Assembly: GCA_951406725.2 (NCBI GenBank)
Contig: OX597816.1
Span: 147,746,001-147,810,000, forward strand
Source of the DNA: Octopus vulgaris
Taxonomy: Eukaryota
Direction: 5' to 3'
Length of the DNA: 64,000 nucleotides
The notes below the pieces were generated by a model that was not told the origin of the DNA, did no database searches, and worked only from the letters and a program-made list of their open reading frames with translations. Shown in pieces: positions 53,257 to 64,000 of this stretch. Position numbers and translations under genes: made by a program. The first letter of the stretch is position 1. Every line of letters starts with the position of its first letter.

Positions 53257-54526
53257 TACAAGGATTGAACAAAATAATAGAAACACCTAGCATCATAGCA
53301 TCATAATTTTGAAATATCTATAAAACCCTCAGAAGCTTGTCTATTTTTGTTTTTTATTTATTATTTGTGTTGCTTCATATGTTTTGCTAAAATTGGTGTT
53401 TCTTTTTAGATATCATCAGAAAAAAGTAATTGAAATTCATTAAAATGACAGATCTATCGGACTTTCAAAGAAGGAAATTGTTAGTGCTCCTATGGCATGC
53501 GCTAGCGTAACGAAAACAGACGATATATTTGGTGTATCAAGAAGTACTATCTCGAAAATAATGACAGGCTTTGAGAAAGAGAGAAAAACATCGTCGAGAC
53601 AAAACTCCTGAAGAAATCCAAAACTTTCAGATAGAGACCATCAGACTCTTAAGGAAATTGTTAGAAAGGTTCATAAAAGTACAGATCCCAAAATTATTGC
53701 AGAGCTTAATGACCACCTCGAGAACCCAGTTTCCACAAAACTTTTAGCCAGGAGCTGCACAAAGCTGGATTTCATGGGAGGGCTGCAATCAGAAAACAAC
53801 CACTTTCAAAAACAACCATTGCAAAGCGTTTAGATTGGAATAAAATCCTACAGAATTGCTCCCTAGAATAGTGAAAGAATGTTATTTTTTTGGACGAGTC
53901 ATCCTTTACCTTATTTCCAACTACCAGCTGAGTATACGTATGAAGACAGACAAAAGACGCATTTGATCAAGACTGCCTTCTTCAAACTTTTAAACATGGA
54001 GGAGGATCTGTGATGATCTCGAAGTTGGGTGGGGTATATCATGGAAATCCGCCGGCGCAGTGGTTTCCCTTCATAGCAGAATTAATAGTCAAGACTATTT
54101 AAGTATTTTATCTGATCAAATTCATCCTATGATTGCGGAACTGTTTCCGGAGGGAAACGCAATCTTTCAGGATGATAATGCACCAATTCACACAGCAAAA
54201 GTTCTTACTGAATGGCACGATGAACATTCAAGTGAAGTTGAATATTTTATCTTGGCACCACAGTCTCAATATTATTGAACATTTATGGTGCATATTAGAA
54301 AAACAAGTAAGGAGTCGATAACCTCCACCATCATCACTACAAGTACTGGAGGTTGTTGTAGCTGAAGAATGGATAAAAAATTCCTTTGGAAAAAGTTGAA
54401 ACTTTGTACGAGTCCGTACCTCATAGAATTCAGGCTGAGCTTACTGCCAAAAGCAATCCTACCCCATGTCAAAGTAAATTTGTTTGAAATTTTAAGGTGT
54501 TTCCATTATCCTGTCCAACCCCTGTA
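53257..54526 (+). mobile_element. Full-length decayed Tc1-like DNA transposon with about 30-bp TIRs and TA target-site duplication
   Basis: Left tacaaggattgaacaaaataatagaaacacct; right (reverse complement) tacaggggttggacaggataatggaaacacct; MTDLSDFQR, FLDESSF, KHGGGSVMI, FQDDNAPIH, LNIIEHLW with stops/frameshifts. Confidence 0.93.
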
Positions 54527-54551
54527 TGTATGTATATATATATATATATAA

Positions 54552-54717
54552 TATTAATTAGAGACAAAACCACTATTTTGCAAATCAAACAAAGAAAGAC
54601 TTAATCCAATACATAAAAAAATTCTAATTAATATTATATAATATTTTACTATAAAATTGGATTCAATCCTAAATCTGATTTTTCGTTGTAAATTTGGATT
54701 TATTCCCTAATATTTAT

Positions 54718-54722
<5 letters not shown>
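54552..54722. repeat. AT-rich (TA)n-embedded repeat fragment
   Basis: Non-microsatellite island between two TA tracts; family not identifiable from this window. Confidence 0.4.
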
Positions 54723-54752
<30 letters not shown>

Positions 54753-54768
54753 CGTATGTATGTAAGTA

Positions 54769-54801
<33 letters not shown>

Positions 54802-54863
54802 ATGTATGTATGTATGTATGTATGTACGTATGTAGGTATTTATGTAGGGATTTATGTATATGT

Positions 54864-55406
54864 AATATTTTAAATTTAATTAAATTCCATTTCCCTTTTG
54901 ATATGATTAAACATTATAACTTTTTGGATAATTTTCGGTTAAAGTTGGCGATTTATTGTAGCTAACGATAGGACTGCGATTGCGCAGAAAAATTTGAAAA
55001 GTTACTTCGAATAAACAGTAGACAGACAGCAGTTCTTGTCTTCTGTCTTATATGTTTTAACCCCAGGTTGGCCCTCGCCGAAAAAGATCAGACCTTGTGA
55101 GTTCCCCTGACTTGCCAAATGAAGATCAGAAAGCAATTTTGGTCCGGGGTATTAAATGGTAAATGTTTTTCATTTCCAAATTTTGTTCCTGTCGAATCTT
55201 ATCCGTTATTGTTGTGGTTCTCTAATGTGCTGAATTTTCACTCTAAGTGTGGATTCCCTATGTGTATAAATATACACTATCGTATAATTAATATATAGTC
55301 TTCTTGACTAATTTTTGCACGTTAGACCATTGGAAATGCAAATTTTGATTGAATATTTTAAATTGAATTAAATTCCATTTCACTTTTGATATGATTAAAC
55401 ATTATA
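54864..55406. repeat. 488-bp unit with a 55-bp terminal direct repeat, between (TATG)n and (TA)n
   Basis: aatattttaaatt(t/g)aattaaattccatttc(c/a)cttttgatatgattaaacattata at 54864 and 55352. Confidence 0.8.
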
Positions 55407-55419
55407 TATATATATATAT

Positions 55420-55910
55420 CTTGGTCACTGCTTCTGTCCTCAGCCTTCCATCTCCTTGGTCCCCTCAATCTCTGTCCCTCTTTCCCTCTCTCTTACCCCC
55501 TTCTCTCTCTTACCCTCTTACCCTCTTGCGACTTGCTGCCTCAGCCATTCCGTTGCCAACGGCCGCTTGTTTAACATGTGTCTCCTCACCGAAAAGGTAA
55601 TTATTTTTCCACGCTTGCTGATAAATTGTTTTTGTGTCTCCTTTTGTCTCAAAGCCGTAGGGCGCCTGTGTCATCCCTGTTTTTAACCGTTACTGTCTTC
55701 AAAAACATTTTTTTCGTTTCGTGTTCGTCTCTGTTGCGTTGCATTCTTTCCTTCTGGGGCTGGCCGATTCAGATCAGATCTCAGAATTAAACAGCCGAAA
55801 TTTGCGATGACGAATCGGTTTCTGACTGAAGAACGAAGGCTTTGAATGACCCGTCTGTCTCTTGTGTTCGTCTCTTCGTGTATTTCACGTTATTTATATA
55901 TGTAAAGGTT
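55420..55910 (+). mobile_element. (TA)n-embedded pyrimidine-rich repeat with permuted hammerhead-like boxes
   Basis: agccGAAA uuug cgauga cgaa UC gguuucuga CUGAAGA acgaaggcu at 55793-55841. Confidence 0.4.
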
Positions 55911-55913
55911 TAT

Positions 55914-55957
<44 letters not shown>

Positions 55958-56229
55958 CATGTTTACATACATATACACATATATACATACATACAAATAT
56001 GTATATATTTATACGGTATGTAAGTATGGGCGTGTGTGTGTGTCTGTGTCTGTGTGTTTGTGTGTGTATGTGTGTGTGTGTGCGTGTGTTTGTGTTCGTG
56101 TGTACAAATTCCTGCCAACAAAAGCGTACACATTCACTTTAAGAAAAGCATAACGTGTAGGCGTATTTTAATACTGTGCTTATTCAGACGCCACAGTATT
56201 AATACATGTTACCATAACTCCACAATTAC

Positions 56230-57225
56230 AAATCGAGCTCAAATTGCCAGCCATTTGCTTCAATACATTTATAAATAAGGCGAACTGCTGCTCGGGCAAC
56301 GTTGGTAAAAGAATCAAATGGGATTTCTATACTTGTCGCTAAAATTTCTTCCCGAATTTCTGTCAGTGTAGGGGTTCTCTACGACATACGACATTCTTTA
56401 GTGTTAACCATAAAGTCTGCAGCTGCTAAATCAAGAGAACGTACGGGGAACTCGGCGGTACCTCTTCGTTCTATCCAGCCTCTGAGTAAATTTCTCATAA
56501 AGTAAGCTTGCAGTATTGAGTCGGCGTGCCGTCTTAATGAAAGAACAAAATCTTTTCTATAAAGTACCTGTATGGCAGATAAATGGACGTGTATAGCATG
56601 TCTAGGTATGCTTGACCAGAAAAACTGGTCCTATTAAACCTCTTGATGAGACTCAACATCATCAGTCATTGACCAATGGTATACTTACATGCTTTTCCAC
56701 GTCCAAGCAAAGACTTTCTGGTACCCAGTAAACACACATATGTCGGTTCATTATTCCATTTAGATTAAATTGTGCTTCACCAGAGCAAGCATTCGTGCCC
56801 ACAGTCTCTGCACCTTCACCGACCATGTGTTGAAACCACTCACATAGCTCAATCCTTCGGTGTGGATTGCCATCGTTAATTGCATATTAACTTTGGATTT
56901 AAACTTTCCACTTAGCTCTTTTAGGAACCCGTCCGTCCACTGTTTCTACAGCATATTTAGCTTCACGTGCACTTCTGTAAGTGATTATGGGAAATGTTCC
57001 AACATCATAGTCAAGGAAGCAGCACTTGTTTGTGAAAGAAGTCTGCCAGAGATTCCAATGTGCATATCACCCATACAAAGATATCACGAATCCGAGAAAT
57101 TGTCAGGCGTGTTGGAGGTTCTGTTCCAAACGCAAGTTTCAATTGTTGAAGCTCAACGACAATCTTAAATTAGACGTACCACTTTAAAATGGTCTTACGT
57201 CCCTAAAACAACAGCTGTAACACGC
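56230..57225 (-). mobile_element. Highly decayed Tc1/mariner-superfamily (maT/DD37D-like) transposase
   Basis: Minus strand: SGEAQFNLNGIMNRHMCVYW (cf. SDEAxFxLNGxVNRHNCVYW), DGTPTQY (QDGAPxH), RGTAEFPVRSLDLAAADF (WPPRSPDL). Confidence 0.75.
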
Positions 57226-57759
57226 CATTTCGTTACAATTGTTCACAATAGTATCAAAAAGTAATCAGAAAGTTTCCAGTGTGTTTTTTTAAATAATTGC
57301 CAATGATTATTTCATACGTCAGCAATTAATAAAGTCAACCTAAATTTTTCAATATCACACCTTGCCAACAGTAAAAATTGTGGTATATTAAAATGAAATC
57401 CGTTTGAAAATATTTCATTAAAATGCAGTTTTATTCTCAAGCCATCCACATTAAAAAGTGCCTAGAAAAAGCAAAATATGTTAAAGGTGACTTGTATTAA
57501 TCTCGTAATATCTGTCTTTTTATTAGTAAAAAATTGCTACAGATTTTTCTTTTCCTTTTTCGCTTAAATGTGTATACATTTTCTGGAGGACTCTGTGTCT
57601 GATACATTCGTTCATCTCTTTCCAATGATATTTGAATTAATTCCAAAAATATTTTTATGGTAGTTTTTCTGTTTTGGGGTCGCATCTGTATATTTTTCTA
57701 AAACGTTTGTTTATTGTTTTTTTTTTTAATTTTTATGAATTTTATCTCTAGTCAGACAT

Positions 57760-58690
57760 ATAAGAATAGAGTATCCAAGTATACAGAAGCTAGCATTTTC
57801 GACACCGGCTTCTCTTCGTTTTAGGAAGTTCCAGAGCTGCCTTTGCAGCTCGAGGCATCAGTACTGAATGCATAGAAAGTACTATTCCTGAAGGAGCTGC
57901 TCAAAACTGGATTTTTTGCGCTTCAAGAAGCGAATATTCGAATTCACAGGCTCTCCGAGTTCTGGCCGATCTATTCAATTCAATGAGGATCAAATGAACG
58001 GGGTAACCCTTGCGAAACCAAAATACTTTATATTTATTCCAAGGGTAAAGTCCAAAACCTCGGTGCATGAAAGAAAGTGACACAGTCCAGCGCTCCCGAC
58101 CCGCCGCCTCCAGTTTGTTTGTATTATACCAGGCTACAAGTAAAAATAAACAGATTTCTTTACTCCAACGTCACTGGCGATGAATTATGGAGAATGCTGG
58201 TCAGTATGAAGCAGAAAAAGAATTACTGACGCGACAAAGTAGCAACTTCTCGAGCCAAGCGAGAGCTCCATACACAATATAATGACGTCTTTGGTGGGAT
58301 TGCGAAGCGCTAAGTTTTGTTTTACCAAACTCTTCAAAACGATCGTATGTCATTTAGAAAATACACTGGCTAAGCGAGGCAATCCAGCTGAAATGACTCG
58401 ACCAGTGACATGGCATACTTACCTCTGCGTCGCTAATTTTATCACGAATGTTATTTAAGAACTCGATAGGCAGTTCCACTGCATCCGCCGTATTCTCCTC
58501 ATATTGTGTCTTCAGATTATTGGCTTTTAGGTCACTCTCCGACAGTCTGTGAAGTAGTTTTGTTCGAAAATGTGGATTGACGAACTCTTCGAGTCAACCC
58601 CCGATGATTTCAGCCGTCAACATATTGACAAGTTTGTAAAAGGTTGGAAATAACACGTGAGGAAGGAAGGAGAATAATTACTGACAGAAT
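57760..58690 (+). mobile_element. Decayed mariner (DD34D) transposase
   Basis: FRHRLLF, RFKK..SPSSGR, SNVTGDELW (VTGDEKW), LHPPYSPHIVSSDYW (YSPDLAPSDY), IDKFVKGWK. Confidence 0.8.
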
Positions 58691-60325
58691 TCTTAAAAGT
58701 ATTGGTGAAAAAGGAAAATTAAAATAAATGAAAACAAAACAAAACAATATAGCCGAACACACGATATTCTAAAGTTAGATTGTATATAACTCCCCTCACA
58801 AATACAACTGTACATGCAAACAGAAAACTTTTGACAGCGAGTATGGACTTTAGGCTTAGTTGCCGTCATCGGTTTGTAGTTTAGTTTGATTTTCAAGTCC
58901 TATATTTAATGTTTTTGAATTAACGACCTTTTCGTAAATCGAGCAATTTGTATGGAAAATTGTCGCACTATAACTGAGTTTGCAAGAAGGAATAAGTGAT
59001 TATACAGGGAAGAGAAATCTGAAAGATCTTACTACATATGGAAGCATATAAGAGAGAATGAAAGAAAATGTAGCAGATATTGTATATAGCTGCAATGTCC
59101 ATGCTGCTTCTTCTGTTTCTTTTTCACACCAAACTGGAGATATATAACTGTAATTTTAATTAATTTTTGGGATATTTTTCATCAGTTGATATTTTCCTTA
59201 TTTGCCACCCATTATTAGTATGTAATACTCCCACTTGATATTTTGCGTTTTGATTTCGATTGCTTTGGTATTGTGACACCGTATGTCAACGATAGAAAAT
59301 CTTTTGCCACTCTATTCTGTTGAATGCATAAAACACACCGTGAATAATAGAACGAATTTTTGATGTGATAGTTGGTGAAATTGATTATGAAACTCGGGCG
59401 TGTCTACACTTTTACCCCAATTAATGCAATTGTTTTCTTAACAGCAATATTAGTGAAAATGCTTTCAACTTCCAGAGTGTCTATGTGTTTTTCGCGGACA
59501 TTATCATTGAATAGCCCCCAAAAGACACATGATGATTGTAAACTATATCTCTAAACGGTGAACTGCTTCAAAATATCATCCAATTATTTGAAAAGCGAGC
59601 GTAGGTGAAGTTATTTGGGAATTATAAGACGAAAGAATCCATATTTTTGTGGATTTTTACATTTTCGCTGATGTAAGCAAGATTGAGTTTTGTTTTTGTG
59701 GTAGAATGGAATATTTTCTATTTGTGAGATTGCTGCATTAATTAATTTCTAAAGCAGTGTTTAATGGACGTATTTTCCCACAATTAGCATTTGTTATTAT
59801 GCAATAGATTGTTAATATTCTTATATATTTATCTTTATCCGTAAATGTGAATTAAACTTATCAGTCCTTCATATTATTATTAATCATTAGTTTTCCATAT
59901 TTTCGAGTTAAGCCTTTTATCGATGTGTATGAATTAATGTATATTCTTTTCTTTCTGAATAAGTATTGAAGTTTGTCTTTATTTTGGTATATTTCGTTCA
60001 AAGGATTAGCAGAGGATTTCATATTTGAATTTCCATTCGTTGTTGTTGCATTTCTCTTAGAGAATGTCACTATCACGTTTGAAGCGCGAAATGTGTGTGT
60101 ACTTCAGAAAATTAACGAATTCGAATTTCTGCTTTATCAAAATTATTTTACTCTCATTGAACATGTTTAGATATGTTGTATTGCTTATTAATATGTGTGA
60201 AAAATGTCATTATACAATAGCTGTGAGTAAAATATTTACTAAATTGTGCTATGTGCCACTATAAATTTCTTTTTAATATGTACAAATTCAAAACATAGTT
60301 CAATTACAGATCCTAATATATATTG

Positions 60326-60552
60326 CTTTATTGCCCACAGAGGGCTAAACATAGAGGGGACAAACAAGGACAGACAAAGGGATTAAGTCGATTACATCGA
60401 CCCCAGTGCCTAACTGGTACTTATTTAATCGATCCCGAAATGATGAAAGGCAAAGTCGACCTCGGCAGAATTTGAACTCATAACGTAACGACAGACAAAA
60501 TACGGCTACGCATTTCGCCCGACCTGCTAACGTTTCTGCCAGGTCGCTGCCT
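60326..60552 (-). mobile_element. Family-1 SINE monomer
   Basis: Reverse complement of the family-1 head, core and tail. Confidence 0.85.
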
Positions 60553-60614
60553 TTACAAATCCTAATATACTCTGCATTTCTTGCATTTACTTGCTTTACT
60601 GCCTAGTTTACATA

Positions 60615-60670
60615 AGAGAATTTTAAAAAAACCCATTTATTTTGAAGACTGAAGGCGTTTTCTTTTAAAG

Positions 60671-60710
<40 letters not shown>

Positions 60711-60761
60711 CTTTAAAAGAAAACGCCTTCAGTCTTCAAAATAAATGGGTTTTTTTTAAAT

Positions 60762-60819
<58 letters not shown>

Positions 60820-60879
60820 CAACCACAAGCATAAAATTCAAGGAAATCATAGTTTCTAACAAAATATAAAGTGCAAATA

Positions 60880-60921
<42 letters not shown>

Positions 60922-60959
60922 TTATTTGCACTTTATATTTTGTTAGAAACTATGATTTC
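60615..60959. repeat. Double fold-back: both flanks of a (TA)n locus duplicated in inverted orientation
   Basis: 60615-60674 / (TA)n / 60707-60766 inverted; 60843-60882 / (TA)n / 60920-60959 inverted. Confidence 0.92.
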
Positions 60960-63900
60960 GAGTTCAAATAAATTTCCATGACCTAACTTCTAAATAATTT
61001 AATTCCAATGTTCGTTCTTTGTATTAATTTTTATTGTAGGTATTAATAATGAGGTATATGTCGTGCATGACCTTTTATTTGTAATCAGACGATTTGAAAT
61101 ATCATTTAACATTACAGCTAGGTTTTTTTCCGCAGTGAGCCGTTGTTCTAACTTGTGTATTCCACAAACTTTGGCTTTTCAAATACAAGGACATTTTCAT
61201 CATGAGGAAATAGTTGCAGTGCAACGTATCCCACCTTAAAATGTCGGTACAATCTATTTCAGGTTGAGCTGAATATTATAAGGATTGTATGAAATAAGGC
61301 AAATTTTAAAAAGGCAGTAATCCTCATCAGCTAATTTCTTATACGTATCATAATGCATATGGATTTGTAAACAACATCAAATCATTCTGTTTTAAAATCG
61401 CTTTAAAATATCTGCGCATGTAACATGGCTTTACACATATATACATGATTTTGCATGCAGGAACTATGTTATGTGAGGGAAATGCCATAGGTTTTCCATT
61501 TTTAACAATAAATCATTCGCATTTAGCTTATATTTTCGATTTTTCCGAGATCGCAACTGAGCACATTTAATTTCCCAAGAACGTGGCTACGATTAATATA
61601 TTTTCTCGTATATTTTACTGATTATATTATCAATAAATAGAATGTTTCCCAAAATATGCTACCCAGATCAAAGGTTTGGGGATGAAATTCTTAGAAAATT
61701 GCGAAAACGACTGCAATATTTTGTAAAAGTTTTAAAAAGAACAACACTTGTCGTGATCTCGAATATGGTTATTGATTTATTGTAAAAAGAAAAAGATCTG
61801 TCAGATATGTTTCCTTATTAACATGCCAGCTCGTCCTTTACCATACACTAGAACTTTCCATAATAAAATAATACAATATTTTTGTGTGTGCATGTGTTGT
61901 GAGTTTATGCTTGTGGTTGTAGTCTAGATGTTCGACTGTGTCCGTATCTGTGTGGGTGTGATATTCATTCTGGGACTTTAAAAGCCTTTTTCAGTATATT
62001 AATAAGTTTATAAGTAAAGATATGACAGACATAGTATTAGAAAAGCACAACTATGTAGCTTGTCCGTTGCTTTCTCTTTTTGCAAAGATTCCAATATTCG
62101 CGTTTCGCAAGACTCTTTGTAAGACTTCTAAGTACTATCTACTAGCAAAGATTGCATTGCGAGGTAGTAGGTTAGAAAGCAAGAATAAACAATACGTGCT
62201 TCATTACTGGAGCAAAGCTGCATCCGTGGATAATGTATTTATCTCATGTGAGACTGATCCATATGGTAGTATATAAATGCGATAGAGTAAAGTTTACTAT
62301 CAAACAACGATATTATATAATTAATAAGTTTCAGGGTAGAGTACAGATACTCGTGTAATATATCGCGATATCCCTGCTTACTTATTCTTGCATATTTTCT
62401 TTTCACTATTTAATGGTATTCTTAGACGTGAAAGAATTCCGATATATAATATTCGATTACATCTAGTACCGGTTTTTTTTAGTATATTTATACTGAATAA
62501 CGTATTCCTATTGTCGTTACTGTGTTGGTATGCAAAACGAATGTTACACGGATAAAATTACGGTATGAAAATAGGAACCCAATTTTATCGCATGAAGAGA
62601 AATTGTACTAAGGTTTTTTTTGGCGCCGGGAAAACCTGGCAATGTATTTGAAAAGTTAATATTTTCTTAATGAATGCCGCTAGCAATTTTCTATATTAGA
62701 TGTTCTACTATTAGGGTGACTCAGCTGTTTTTACATCTTCTGCACATGGAAGTATATGCCATTGGCAATTAATTTATTTTTTCTAAATATCAAAACTATT
62801 TGTGACAGCATATTAATTTGTCGTATCAACGTATTTTTGATCATATTTAAAATAATTTTCTGACGCTGGAACTCGTACATTTTCAAATTTATTAAATAGT
62901 ATGATTCCAAATACAGATTAGTTCATGCCAAATAGCATTTTGTGAAATCCAAATTACATAAAACAATTCTAAGAACATCTCAAAATGACAATTTTATGAC
63001 ATCGGGTTACAAATGACACTAAAGCTTCTTTCGAGTGTTTTTAGTTGGACGTGACAAATAATTATTGATTTTTCAGCGATTTATATTCGTTGTTTATACT
63101 AGACTCATAGCTTAAAGCATTGTACTAGGAAATACTTTGTTTGCTTATATTTTGAAATAGAGTAATTTTGAGGGATTCAGACAGGTAGCATTTTCTCCCT
63201 GTAATAACAGTAATTTTCCATGTTGAACCAGATATTTGTTTTACTGAACATCTGAATAAACTGCTTAGGACTTCTATAACAAACAACATTCAATTTCGTT
63301 CGTTTCCTTCGATTACGTAAATGGAAAGTGAAGTTTCTGTTTTGAACATTCATGCTCGTTTATAGATAATACATTTCAATTTTCAATAAATTTTGATTCT
63401 GCATATTGTCTGTAGATACAGTTACATGGACAATTCTTACTCAACAGTTCTTTTTCATGTAATGATTCAGATTATGAAAATGCTTCTTCACTAAATCATA
63501 TCGGGAAATGCTTGAAATCTCAAAGCTAAAACGGGTGACATCAGAACCAAGTGTGGCATACTGAAGAAACTCCTATAGTAAATTTGTTCACTACTCTTAC
63601 CCCGTTTAAAATTAACGACTTTCCATTAAACGCCAGGTCTAAAAAGATATATATATATATATATATATATTTACTGAAGATATTATGCTTAATTTATAGG
63701 TATATATACAATATGTGTGTGTGCATGCACGTATGTTAATACATGTATTATACATATACATGTACGCATGTACATATATATATATATATATTTAAATTTA
63801 ACAATTAAGGATAACTTCTTAATAAGGAATCTTAACAAGAAACTATCAGGTAGTTAGCGTGAAAAACCTCAAGAGAAAAATTCGAAAGTAATTTTTTCCT

Positions 63901-64000
63901 TTTGAATATATTAATTTATATTATATAGAGGGCATTATTACACATAAATGCCTCACACTAAGAGGGACATAAGTCATTACTACCAAAATTTCACTAATCA

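Noticed and set aside
55140-55155. GAAA-to-GGGG change as a fossil of A-to-I editing
   Set aside because: Ancestral sequence unknown; speculative without a consensus.

Overview
AT-rich, microsatellite-saturated animal genomic DNA. The repeat complement (Dong/R4-type LINEs in (TAA)n, several tRNA-derived SINE families, RTE and CR1 LINEs, Tc1/mariner relics) resembles a cephalopod such as Octopus; that taxon call is an inference. No intact host gene is evident, apart from a possible decayed, intronless Cys-loop (nAChR-like) receptor fragment at about 46.9-47.4 kb (-). Most short ORFs in the track are translated microsatellites. The most notable signal is a set of modules embedded in (TA)n tracts that carry minimal type-I hammerhead ribozyme (HHR) motifs, two of them with a compensatory U3-A8 core. 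Two divergent modules (about 18.0-18.2 kb and 27.0-27.2 kb, both minus strand) share a covarying multi-hairpin RNA of about 170-200 nt that starts at the predicted HHR cleavage site, and both carry an inverted partial duplication. One lies downstream of an RT-less gag-like CCHC ORF. This architecture resembles Penelope-like elements/retrozymes, but no PLE reverse transcriptase is visible in the window. Fold-back duplications at (TA)n tracts, fixed-junction SINE multimers and stuttered 5' LINE junctions are also present. All alignments and folds were done by eye; boundaries are approximate.
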